From Paraglomus brasilianum (taxonomy: Eukaryota): a stretch of DNA of 35,752 nt. The translations under genes and the position numbers were made by a program. The notes under the pieces were generated by a model. That model searched no databases and was not told the origin of the DNA. It worked only from the letters and a program-made list of their open reading frames with translations. Shown here in pieces: positions 22,896-35,519 of the stretch. The stretch is from assembly GCA_910592345.1 (NCBI GenBank), contig CAJVPI010000315.1, forward strand, positions 1 through 35,752, read 5' to 3'. The stretch's first letter is position 1, and each line of letters starts with the position of its first letter.

Positions 22896-24912
22896 TTATT
22901 CAAGGCCGACAGGCACGTTCTCTCCGGGCCGTCGACCAATGTCCTTATTTCTCCCAATAAATACAGAAGCCAAGAAAGATAAACAACCCATTGGAATTAT
23001 ACATGTGAATGCCAGTTGTAATGCTTGCACGTAGGCATTAATAACCTGGCCCTCCACGTTTGGAGGAAGCTGCGTGATGATATTCGTATTCTTCTTAAGG
23101 ACGTCAAAGGAGAGGTCTATGTTTAATGATTCGATCTGATTACGGAGTTCGTTATTGAAAACGGTGCCTATTATGGCAACTCCGAAAACAAATCCAACTA
23201 GATAAAGCAAACAAAGAGAGAAGATGAGTATATCACAGATTACTTCGCGCGCTCTCCACACCATTTCTACCACACTCTGTACCCGTGTATACGTGAAAAA
23301 TGCTCACCTGTCCTGAAGAACATCAGAACCGAAGAAATAACAGCGACATCCGAAAACACGACAGAAGCCTGACCAATCAGCAGTGTCGTCTGCATAATCA
23401 ACCCTACTCCAACTCCCATAATGAGCAAATACCCGATTTGTTTTCCACGGTTAGTTTCAGTGTCGAATGTGGTTATCAGTCCCGCTCCGATGGTAATTAG
23501 CACCGAGCCAGCAATACAGAATATTTGTTTTCTTAGCTTTGGTACCCTCGACATTGCTTGTCCGGATATAATTGATGCAAACACAACACCAAGAATGAAT
23601 GGTACCAATTCCAATCCCGCAATAGTTGCCGAGTCATGATGGACAACTTGGAAATACAACGGTATGTAATAGATAGCGCCCAAGAATGCCATTCCTTGGA
23701 AAAAGTTGACCAGTAGACTTGACACCAAAGTCCGACTTTTGAATAGTCGAAGCGGAATGATGGGCTCGACAGCTATAAATCCCTCGACACATATTAGAGC
23801 TGCATAGAGCACTGCCCCCACAACAAAGAGGGAGATAATTATTGGATCGTTCCATTCATATTGATCTCCGCCCCAATTTAAAGGTAGTAACAAGCAAACC
23901 GTCGCGGCTCCCATTAACAGGGTACCCCACCAGTCGACACGGGCGAGTTTCCTCATAAACGAGCCTTGCGGCCGGGGAAGTTGTAGCAGGAAGATTACAA
24001 TGACAAGCGTTATTGCTCCAAACGGCAAATTAATGTAGAAAGACCATCTGTGAATCGAGAAATCAGTTAATTAGGCAAACAGAGGCATTAGGACTCTTTC
24101 CTTGTTTCGCAATCCATACCTCCAAGTAACATGATCGGTAAAAGCCCCACCCAATAGAGGACCGACAATTGACGCAATACCAAACACTGCACCGATAAGA
24201 CCCTGGTATTTTCCTCTGTCTTCGAGACTAACAATATCTGCAATTATAATTATTACCAAGCCTATTATACCACCACCTCCAATTCCTGCTATAGCTCGGA
24301 ATATTATCAGTAGTGTCTAATAGAATAGAAAAGCATTGTGAGTTGAGAATGGTGGTTTTTTTGGGGGGTTTTTTTTTGTACGAAATTTCTTTTTATACAG
24401 CTTTTCCTACTTACCATATTTGGTGCCAATCCACATAACAAGCTACCCAATTCGAATACCAAAATGGCAAACAAAAATGTTGCTTTTCTTCCAAATATGT
24501 CAGAAATCTTTCCGTATGTTGGTTGAAATGCGGTAGCTGTTAACAGATATGCGATTGCAACCCAGGCAATTTCGTTCAAAGCGTTAAAGTCAGAACCTAT
24601 CCTGTATAGTGATGTTGCGACAATGGTTTGATCTAATGCAGCTAGAAAAATGGCAAAGCCAAGACTAAAAGGGCAGATATTGTAATGATTAGAAAACGTT
24701 GTTTAATAACTGGCATCTCCTTCTATCCAAAGTAAATTAGAAAAATACCCGATCATAACCCAGAATAGTCGCCAACGCGACAGTTGCACCAAAGGTTCGC
24801 TTTTTGCATTTTTTGACCCTAGTTTTTCGGGTTGTGATTCTACATCCGTTGTTGATTCCTGACTATTATTCACTGTCGCTGTCGTGCTCGATTCGGTGTC
24901 GGTAAATGTCAT
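22896..24912 (-). CDS. MFS drug:H+ antiporter, DHA2 (14-TMS) family
   Basis: Exons 24912-24749, 24664-24415, 24316-24120, 24047-23308, 23197-22896. Motifs [61 protein letters not shown]. Confidence 0.93.
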
Positions 24913-26923
24913 TTTTGATTTGTATATTATCGTTTATATTTTACTTTTTTTTTGTGGTTGTTTTTTTTTGTTTTGTATTTGTTTCTCTGATTTAGTTTAT
25001 TTATTATTATTAATATGCTTGAGACTAGAATAAGAAGAGCTATATTAATATTAAACAATTATTGTTATTTTACTGGTACTGTTTCTTTTTCAGTCTGTTA
25101 TCTCGAATACCATCTGTTGCAAGCAGATGTCTGTGAATTCGATGAATCGCAGCAGTCATATTTATACATTTTTCCCAACAGCTTTGTGAGATTCGATAGT
25201 AGTATAATAAACAAATTATTACTAAACTGGAAACTTTAAATCGGAAAGCACATGTAATTGGCCTATACGGATAAACTCTGCGAATGCAATTATATGCGGC
25301 TAAATATATTTAACCAGCCGGTTATTCGGTCTCGTCCTGAAATGGAATTTTTATATATGTTTGTGTTTATGATCGGATAAATTTGTGGATCTAATATTTA
25401 TAAAATCATGGGGTAAAAATTGAAGGTAAATTCCGAAAGATGACGACAGTTTCCGCACGCTAAGGGTAGAAAGTTTATGCGTTTTTGTCTTTCTACATTA
25501 GTAATTTCCCAACCTTCTGGAAGAAAAGATTTGTCACCGCCACTTTTCCAAGGACTTTTGCGCATGTACATTGATACAAACGTACAATCGGATAGAAATA
25601 TTAACAAGTGGGAAGAAGCAAAATATCGACTTTTGCTTTGTCTATCCTAACCTAAAACGTTACTCGTTTTAAAAGATCGCTTCAATAGGGGAATTTGACT
25701 TTACCAAATAATGCAAAGAGTGATCGATTTGTAATAATGTACAAATTATACTCCCAGATCTGTTATTACAATATTTTGTATGATTAACCAGAGATCATCA
25801 ACAAAGGCAAACTGGTTATGATTATACGGTCTATGTGTATTACTTGCATAATAATAATAGTAATAGTTTCGCGAACGGTGGATTCCCACTTGACGGCCGA
25901 GAGATTTCTTACAACTTCTTTTTTGTAGACATTCCTTGCGTTCGGTAGAAATGTTTCTTTTTGGCAGTATACTATCAACATGTTCGTTCTATCGGTTTGC
26001 TCTAATCGTAAACTGTTTTTAAGGTGACTTCTATGACACATGCAACTGTCAATTACACATTTGGCATAGTTTTTTCCAACGTGTTCGAAATAAGCAACAT
26101 CATTCTTTTCAAAAATGGTGATGATTGAGCCGTGCTTTGTCATAAAGTAAAAGTGGCAAGTAGCCGGTGAAAATTGTGCTAAAATATTCAAACCTATTGC
26201 CTTAATATGCGCACGGCCACTTCACATTGAGCGACATCCAAGTCTCCTAAGGTGTTAGTATAAGACAATATGAATTTGCATCTTACTTGGCTCAACAAGT
26301 AAGTTATTCTGGGCTAGTAGACGACAGTGACTGATTAAGCAAACAAGCAAGTTTTCATAAGTCCACATTCTACGTCAATATAATGGCTTTATTAAAACGA
26401 GTCCTTTATTGAATTGGTTGCATTACCAATTTATTTGCAAATGTATAAACAATGCCTTGATCATCTAAAAATAATAGCTACAGAAACAAACGTTGATGGA
26501 GATTTGCGCTCTTTTACGGGCTGCACCTACGATTGCACAGGTCGTTATGGGTTTTGCTAAATTATTTCGTTCCGCCACGACAGCAAAGGTAATTTCTTGT
26601 TGCTTCGCCGTGGGCTTTGTGTTTAAGTTACAGTAGGACGATAGCGTCGAGTTATAACATGCAGGAATTTTGTGAAGGGCTCCACTAGTATTTACAACCG
26701 AGACTCATCTTGATAGCTTATTTGGTTTGTCAAGGAAAACCGCTACATTAAGACCCCATAGTACATATGCAAACCTTACACTGATTAATGTAATTTATTA
26801 AAAGCGACTTTACGATTTTGAACTCGTGATTTGTTTCAAGAGCTTCCCTTCATAAAGACACCCAATTTATTGAATAATACACATGTTCTGTACCAGTCAT
26901 TCTATTGATATCGACGCTCATAT

Positions 26924-28415
26924 TCAATCATCGTCGTTATTTTCAACCATCTCGTCATCATCGTCATTATTTTCAAGAGCAATGTCGTCATCATCCATCA
27001 ACAAAACACCCGAGTTGCCTGATACCAATCCAACTGGGGCAATAGATTCATTGGTTGCAGCGTGACGACTGTACTCGGACTTCAGATGATAGCAATTGGT
27101 GTACGCTCCTTTTTTATCTAACGTAGCGATCTCGCTCAATACTTCTTTTAAATAGGACTTCAATATGCTTAGTAGATTAGTAAAATTCCACAAGACACAC
27201 ACCCAGACAAGACATACAGACATTTGTATATATATTACATAACGACAATATGAACGTTAACATATATTACCTCCGGTTGTTTGACATAAATCTTTAATCC
27301 CTTTAGCGACCAATATGCGTACAACTCGAACGCATTGAACAATAAATCAATAAGTTCGTTCTTCGGCATACGAGTTGTCTTTTGTTCGATCGAAACTTTT
27401 TGTTTCTTTTGCTGCAAATATATAGATAGGCATTAATTGGTAAACATCCGTGTTTGAGTGATTGTAGCAAAGTCGTCGGGTAATTCCCCAATGCACACAA
27501 CAAACACATACCACTAGATTGCCGAACTTAGTAATTGCAGCGCCGGATGATCCAGGCGGAACATAGGCCCCACGATTCTCATTCTCATCCATCATCTTAA
27601 TAGCTCGCTTAGGTTGTCCAGCCTGCATAGTGCGCTCTCGTAATTTTCTACTGTAATCACCCGTCAATATGGGTTTTGAGAGACAGTTATGGTGCACTGT
27701 AGCCGCCAAAGATACAGCTATACAATAAACCGTTTGGTCAAACTGCGATCGTTCAACAGCATCCAATACTAAAAGATCAAGTAATTAACAAATACCTCCA
27801 GATTCTTTGTTTTGATAGAAAGTATAGATATCTTTTACATCTTGATTTATAATTTGAAGTTCATATTCCTTTGGTATTTCGGTGTGTGCATCAATATTCG
27901 ATAATATTAATCTTATCTTTTAAATCGCATAACGTGTGTTAGTAGCACTCGGTTATTCAAAAATAGCAACGAGGTAAAGATACAGACTTTATTAGCCCCA
28001 GGACCCAGGCTAAATACGTCGAACACGTTACAAGTAAATTGCTTAGCCAAAAGAAGAAGCAGAATACCCCATGACCTAACCCGAAAGAATGCAAGCAACA
28101 CTTACTCATCGTTGGAGATCTGTACTGTACCCAGATCTATGTCATCACTCTCTATATCACACCACTTTTCGAACAGGAACTTGGGCAACTGTTCCCAGAG
28201 CATACGTTTCTGTTAATAAAGCTTCCTCACATACCGATCGACCAGAAGAACATTCCGCATACCTTCACCAGCCACGCTTTGATAGCCATGTTCTTCATGT
28301 CAAGGTCGTCGGCATCGTCGTCGTCCAAACTGACGTCTGAGCCAACTACCATAGGTGAATGGTGCTTGTCTATCGAATCATCGAGATCCATATCGTTGGG
28401 GTCTTGGTCTATCAT
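26924..28415 (-). CDS. TFG2: TFIIF small subunit (Tfg2/RAP30)
   Basis: Exons 28415-28263, 28188-28106, 28009-27988, 27916-27796, 27717-27512, 27411-27271, 27156-26924. Motifs AWLVKLPKFLFEKW, IPKEYEL, RMPKNELIDLLFNAFE, KQPESYLKEVLSEIA, YHLKSEY. Confidence 0.93.
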
Positions 28416-30343
28416 TGTGGTCGGTTCTGTGAAGAGTCAAATTGGGCGAAGGAAATGATGCAGGGAAACATTCACGGCGTTCTTTATTTTTGCTTAATAG
28501 TTAGGCCCCCAAAAATTTTGAGGGTTAATATTGTTTGCATTATCCGACGGTAATGGCTCTTGTAACCGTATCTGGTGATTCGAGTAATACCAAGTTTTAT
28601 CATTATCGATACTGTAAAATTGGTGTATAGGATTAAGAATGTTTCTTGTTTCAATAACACTTTGAAATGCAAGTATTATATCTTCTATTTCTGTCAAGAA
28701 CTATTGGCTGTGTTTTATAGCAAATACTTCCATACTGTGAAGTTGTCAGAATGCACAAGAACATGGTCGCTGCAATTGCCATAATGACAGTTGCAGGTCA
28801 TCATCATACTCGAGTTTCTATCAGTCGCACGTATAGCCAAAAGTCTTAATTAAACTTTGAGATGAGTTTACAGCTGGATTTTTAGTTTTAAGAATTAGTT
28901 CTGCACGTGCAATTTGCATTCTGAAAGGTTGCTAGACCGAAACATCTTGGGTATGGCAACCTCTTATATGGCTGTTCGTTTGCTTAAATAGAAGTATTGT
29001 ATTTGTAAATGCTACCATGACATTCTGGACAGTTGGCCAGACATTAGTTATTGAAAAGAGTAAAAAATTTGCTCTACAAGATATTTTTGAAAGAATCCTG
29101 AAACTCTTACCGAGAACATCTCCTTCACCAACAAGCTTATGACTAACTGTGAGAACAAGAAGCTAATCGTTTAGCCCAAAAGCATTCACTAAAAATCGTA
29201 CACAAACGGAATGACAAATTATGTAGTCTTGAGCTGTTTGTCATTCGTCGAATAGATTCTTAGAAGCGCTAGCCTATGAAAACCATATTTGATAATTGAG
29301 CGTTAAATTTTATTGGCTTTTAACATACAAATTGTTTATTTTGTAGAGTAACTTTTGCTTGTACTTTTAAACAATTGTTGGAATCTCTAAAGGATAGAAA
29401 ATATGCTCTTCTTGACCAAAATAAGCGTCATTGGTCAACGTATAACGTCAATGGAATGTGTTCATCGTAATACAAGAATTGAGAGAAATTAACAAAGCGA
29501 AACTCTCTAATGCCATATTAGTACTACTAATAATCGGTCTTTGTTACTATCATCGATTTTATAAGACTTTATTGCTTTTTATTACTATCATCATCATCAT
29601 GTTCTTCATTAGCTCTTCATTAAACAGGGAATCACATCAAAACTGGTCACGCGATAAATGTGCTTAACGGCAGTATAAGCATTGTTACGAAGACATTTGG
29701 TTAATGCGTAAACGTTTCCGCGGACACTCTTCATATAATCGTTTTGCGCTTACGGCTTACATGATTTGGTTGCAATAATTATAATTAACACATTTTACAT
29801 ATAATTAGGTGTAATGCAAAGATACTCAAACCAATTGTCTGGATGTAACCTACAAGTTATTAAACGATTGGCGAGCTTATAGAATTATTGTCAAGGGGGT
29901 GTAAGACTTAAAATTTCTCACATCTACAAAATGGGTGGTTTTCACAATATACGCTATGTCGCACGACTTCCTGAATATGACCAAATATTCCGCTTTCGAT
30001 TTTTGGCACGGTTCCTAAATAAACCTATGAGCCAGAGAATGTCTTGTAAAAATTTTAGTCTCTATGAAATTATCGGACAATGACTTTTTCAAAAAGCCCG
30101 AGGGAGAGAGAAGATCTAACGAGTCCGTGCACATTAAGATGTATATTTTCGTTAAAAAGTCTCCGGTTACTATTACTGTCGTCATTTGTGACCGTGACAC
30201 TAACTATGTAATACCCAATACTTTACTGCAATTAGGAAGTGTCACTGCAGATAACCTTAGCCAACCAACAGCCAGCGTAAATGAACAAAAGGCGCTAAAT
30301 TTACAGAGTTTTACTTCTCACCTCAACAACCCACCTCTCAACA

Positions 30344-31712
30344 ATGTCGGAAAACACGGCTGATCAGGATGAAGATTTTGGGCCTAGTGCGACCCCTGGC
30401 TACAAAATTACTGAAAAGAAGTCCATTCAGGAGTATCAGAATCTAGACGCTAATGACGAGTCTCTGAAAAGATGGAAGGAATCTCTTGGTCTGACCAGTA
30501 GCGTACCCGGTTAGCATACACACATACATATATATTAATTGCGCTCTGTTGTTTGTCAAAGCAAAGTTTAACTGTTTCTATGCTTTCTTTGCTGGTTGTA
30601 CTTCAGGTCCGGCAGATGATCCACGTAGGGTATGTGTCGTGGTTGCATTGCGCTCACTATAATTATAGTCTGTATTTACTCGTACTTTTGCGTGGAAAAG
30701 GTTGTTATTCTTGAACTAGCTTTGGAAGTTGCGGGTAGACCGGATGTTGTCCTGGACTTGTCTAATACAAGTACGTCTTGTTACAAACTTGTGTGCGTTC
30801 TTCCGGAGAATAACATTGCCTAATATCATAACGCACGCACATGTTTTAAATCTAGCAAATTTGGAAGAAATAAAAAAAAAGCCATTCGTAATTAAAGAAG
30901 GTGTCGAATATCGAATGAAAGTCAAGTTCAAGTAAGTAGGAATAAGAATTCTATCACCCGTTCAAGTAAGGGAGAGCAGGGCGATTCCTTACGTAGTTTT
31001 CTTTTGTACAGGATCCAACATGAAGTGATCACCGGCCTTAAATACTTGCAAGTCGTCAAGAGAAAGGGAATTCGAGGTAACGCGTTTATGTTATCAATAC
31101 TGGGCATAATAGCTAACAATACAGACAGTGCAAGATCACTTATAATTAATTACCTATGCTCGATTGCCATAATTAATTTACGTCATTGTCAGTGATAATG
31201 AGATGTAGAAAGAATATTTTAAATATTTTACCTATGTCCAGCTTATTTTTTAACCGTTTTTTTCTCTGATCAGACAAAATGGAAGAAATGATTGGTAGTT
31301 ATGGTCCGTCCGACCAACCTTATGAGAAAAAGGTGCATTTTTAGTGTATACTATTGAATTGCTCACACATTCTGGTTTCGTTGAATAGTACTAATTTGAG
31401 AAAATAAACGCCTCATCCAGTTTCCTCTCGAAGAAGCACCTAGCGGAATTTTATACCGTGGTCATTATACGGCAAAGGTACGACACTTTAAAAAGGTGAT
31501 TTCTCATTCTTTCAAAGTTGAGTGTTGCTAACGTCATCTTTATACAGAGCAAATTCGTTGATGACGATGGAAAAGTTCACGTTCAGTGGAGTTGGGTATG
31601 TAGTTAGCAACGATATTTTGATTAGTCTTTGTCCTTTGTTGTAACTCATTTCTGATTCGTTGCTTTTATTTGTACTATGCAGTCTTTCGACATTAAGAAA
31701 GACTGGAGCTAA
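30344..31712 (+). CDS. RDI1: Rho GDP-dissociation inhibitor
   Basis: Nine exons (30344-30509, 30607-30629, 30701-30770, 30856-30931, 31012-31076, 31274-31332, 31421-31477, 31548-31595, 31683-31712). Motifs LDANDESLKRWKESLG, FVIKEGVEY, EMIGSYGP, EEAPSG, WSFDIKKDW. Confidence 0.95.
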
Positions 31713-31840
31713 TTAAAATATTTATCTAAAGTTCGAGTCAAGTTTAACTGTACATCCTTGAATTCAGACGTTTAATGATATTGTGACATTATGTCGTGAT
31801 CGCGTATCGTATGCTCCTTTACTGCATTTTTACCTCTTCC

Positions 31841-32870
31841 TTACTCCAATACAACGGTTGCGCCAAGTGCTTCCAGTGTCGATTTGATCTTCTCTGCTTC
31901 TTCTTTATTTGCGCTTTCTTTAATAACTTTTGGTGCACTTTCAACGAATTTCTTGGCCTGCGATAGATAAGTTAATTATAAGTGACGAGATTTACTTGTG
32001 CAACGTCGCATGTAATTTACCTCTACTAAGTTCATTCCTGGTAATATGTTCTTCATCTCCCTGATTACTTTCGTCTTCGAAGCCGGATCAAATTTCTCCA
32101 GCTTGACTTTGAATTCCGTCTTCTCGGGTGCCTTCTCCTCCTGCAATGAATGTCAATGCAAAGCCTTAAACCTTTCTGCAAAAGATGTCACCAGTGATAA
32201 TAGGTAAACCACAAACCTCAGCAGCGGGGGCCCCAGCGTCTGTCGGGGCAGCAGGAGCTACCATGCTTGGTAAAGGCATTGCAACATCCTGTATGTTTAA
32301 GCGAGTCTACAAGCAGAATGTTGGAGATTTATGAACTAGTACACGTGAGCTGAACTTGAGAAAGTGCGCTTTTTCATGAATATATCATAATTTCGTTCTT
32401 TGAACAAGGCGGACAATTGCATACCTTTAATAATTGAAGTAATTGTGAAACTTCCATTAGCGTGAGTGATGAGATATCATCTGCAATCTTGGATATCTTG
32501 GCATCTACAGTGTTACTTCCTCCTGGTGCAGGCAATTTAATTTTTGGTTCAACGGGAGCGCCACCAGCAGCTGCTTCCGTTGCATATGATGCTATAAATG
32601 TGTATCTATGCCGAGTCCGGCTTGACATTACAAAGCAAGGAAGGGCATTGCTATTCGCAAACGAGAAATTTTCAGCAAAATACACGTACTAGGATTGAAA
32701 AATGATACAAAGAGTTGTAGAAGGTCTAGCTACCGAGTCAGCCCTAGTCGATTTGCCCATAGGGCGGCGGTTGACGGACGTAGATGTTTAATAGAGTGTG
32801 ACTATTGAATTGTAAAAGTAAGAGGCTATCGTAAGATATAAAATGATAGTCTAGTATGGTTACTTACCAT
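31841..32870 (-). CDS. MRPL12: Mitochondrial ribosomal protein L7/L12 (bL12m)
   Basis: Exons 32870-32868 (ATG only), 32801-32734, 32620-32425, 32306-32217, 32140-32021, 31957-31841. Arg-rich presequence, [39 protein letters not shown]. The 5' exons are less certain. Confidence 0.92.
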
Positions 32871-32982
32871 GATCCACGAACTTGCAACAAAAGTTCGTAG
32901 ACTTTTTTGTGTATCATCTATGGGCAGATCCAATAGAATTTATTCGAATCATGTGATATATGTTTAAATTATCAACAGAAAA

Positions 32983-33671
32983 CATAGCACCTAGACGAAA
33001 GTATCGGGACATCCTAACTTTATTAATTGCTCAAAAGTGTACATAATAATTGAGGCTAAAATTTTTATATACTATAGTCTAGCTTCTTGTAAATCCATTA
33101 TAAGACTTACTTTGTTGGCCAGCTCTTACTCGAAATACATGCTTCGACTCTTCTAGGCCTACTTTATCAAAACATCGTTAGTAATTTGGCTCCATTCCTC
33201 CTGTAATGCCGTCTCAAGTTCCCTAATATTTTTTCTAATACGCCTTTCCAGCTCTGACCATAAATGTTCAATAAGGTTCAATTATTTCTTTCAACACACC
33301 AATTTAGGCGATTTCCTAATAGTTCGGTAGAGCCAGTGCGTGGTTGGGTTGCAAGACTTTTTAAATTGTTCGTATTACTGATGCTCTAGGGAAGCCAAGA
33401 GTTTAGATATGCTCGTTTTGTAGCACCACTTTTAAAAAGTCCGATAATTTGGCCTTCGGTTAAGTCAGACATTTTCAAGTTAAAAGATTAAAATAAAAAC
33501 ACCAATCCCGTTTATTATATTGTTTATAAAAGAAATAAATATAAACACGTAAAATTGTCTCCGCATTTCATAAGAAGTTAGACTATGACATATTAATATA
33601 AAACTTTAGCATGTACACTTTAGAGCAATTGATAAAGTTATGGTGTCCGATACTTTTGTAGAATTGTTGTA
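32983..33671 (-). mobile_element. Internally deleted, decayed Tc1 transposon
   Basis: N-terminal HTH remnant MSDLTEGQIIGLFKSG...GFPRASVIRTI...QPRTG (from 33472) and C-terminal LNLIEHLWSELERRI...LQEEWSQI...PRRVEACISSKSWPTK* (about 33280-33108). Degenerate TIR core AAAGTATCGG(G)ACA near 33000 and inverted near 33645-33657; TA at 33670-71. Confidence 0.85.
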
Positions 33672-33856
33672 ATACTGAGCACTTGTTGATAATCCTCCAA
33701 TACCCAAGATATTTGACAATTATTGTTTCGTCTACAAGATAATACTATATTCAACGCTCACGTGATAAATGCTAAGCCACATTCTGGTTATTGTTGTGTG
33801 CAACGCGTTCTACTTTAATTCTCGTCAATGTTATTGCATAAGTTGTCCTCAAAACA

Positions 33857-35012
33857 ATGACTTTCGCTTACAACGATACACACCGTCTTTTCTTGCAAGC
33901 CTCTATTGCAGAACGAATCTTTTCAGAGACCACAGCAGAAGAAATGTACCGTAAGTCCTGTGAAGCGACTTCAGGTATATCAGTATGGCCCAGACCTCAC
34001 TATCAGAACAAGCCGTCTTAATACTTTGCGCAATTAATATATTCGCTTGACGATGTTGATTCTAATGCTGCGTCTATTTTGTTTTCAGTGGAATATGAAA
34101 TCGAAAGCTTTGATGATTTTATGGCAGCATTAAACGATAGGCTCCATCGAGTTGATATGGAATTTCGCAAGAGCCACGACGAAGAAAATGGAAACACGGT
34201 TTGGGCACTGGTTAGAAACTATGTCTCATGAGCCTTTCGTATGCTATAATTTTACATTCCGTAAAGTCAAATAACCTAATGTGAGATTTTATAAAGGTAA
34301 ACACAAACGGAGACGAGGTTGCGAAGTTGGCGACAGAATATTCACCGAATGAAATCGCTTTTTTCAGACGAATTGTAAGAACATCTTTTAATTTGGTTTA
34401 AGTAAGACATTTTCTATCAAGCTCTTGCGAGCCTCAGCTTTCTGTCTCAGCTTGAACTGATAGTAACTGCAGATGGCGAAGCATTCTCAGTGTCCTCGAT
34501 CTCTGCTTTGCGAGAAGGTCCGTTGTTGAAACCACAAATTACAAAAACTGCAACAGAAGCATTATTACAGAAATTTGTAGATGATAAGTGGCTTATAAGA
34601 TCCTCGTGAGTTTTCCATAATAATTATGCGTTGATCGAATTCTTTCTTCTTTTTCTTACCGTTTGATCTATCAGATCAGGTAGATATTCAATGAGTGCGA
34701 GAGCTATACTAGAGTTACAGAGTTTGTTGAAGGAGGAGTTTGAGGATTACATATTAGAATGCACTTTGTGTTACGAAATTGTTACTAAGGTAATTGTCAC
34801 GTAGTTTGTCTGTAAACCTTTGTAATCCCATGTTATCGCTCACTCTGCAACAATTCTAACAGGGTCAACGCTGTAAGACCACAAAGTGCAAGGCACGATT
34901 TCATCATCATTGTGCGCAGGTATACTATGCCAGATCAAATAATAATAAGGTTTGTCCCGCGTGCTCAACTGAATGGACAGAGAGGGATCTTGTTGGTGGA
35001 AGAGCAAAATGA
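33857..35012 (+). CDS. NSE1: Smc5/6 complex subunit Nse1 (RING E3 ligase)
   Basis: Exons 33857-33974, 34089-34210, 34297-34374, 34451-34605, 34675-34789, 34863-35012. Motifs YNDTHRLFLQA, ALVNTNGDEVAKLATEYSPNEIAFF, RAILEL, RING CTLC...C...C...HHHC...CPAC...W. Confidence 0.94.
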
Positions 35013-35519
35013 AATTTTGGGAGGGTCGGTTTACCTAATAATGGGATATATTAAAGAAGTGACGGTAAACAGGGAATAATCATAAATACTGGCTCGACCT
35101 AGACCTTTTTCTTACAAATTAGCCAAGTTTCAAGTGATTTGGTAACATTCTCACGTGTCTCGGTGAATGCGTCTATAATATCAACGGCAGCATAACTTCT
35201 TTGGAGGATGTTAATGATTCAGGCTTGGTATTCTTGCCAGTAGCGATGATAGTAGCCAAAATGTTGCTACTGATATAGCATATCAGAAGCTAACATAACT
35301 TTATTGGAAAATATCTTTGTACTACTCTGTCTGGTTATCAATTTGTTAGAATTCTGATATTGGAATCAAATCGAGAATATTGTAGATTTTATTGCAAACA
35401 TTACAAATTGTTGCATATAATGCTTATTTGTCAGATTTATTAATAGAATAGCTGTGCATTCACTATAAATATCAGTGAATTCAAATACTCATTGTAGGTA
35501 TCAGATGGATTGTAACATA

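Noticed and set aside
25015..26750. Short ORFs between the MFS gene and TFG2
   Set aside because: Composition looks non-coding; no recognisable domains.
28189..28212. Alternative TFG2 acceptor adding KRMLWEQ
   Set aside because: It would split the conserved WLVKLPK motif, and its AG directly abuts the probable branch point.
31077..31273. U12-type intron in RDI1
   Set aside because: No [G/A]TATCCT donor consensus.
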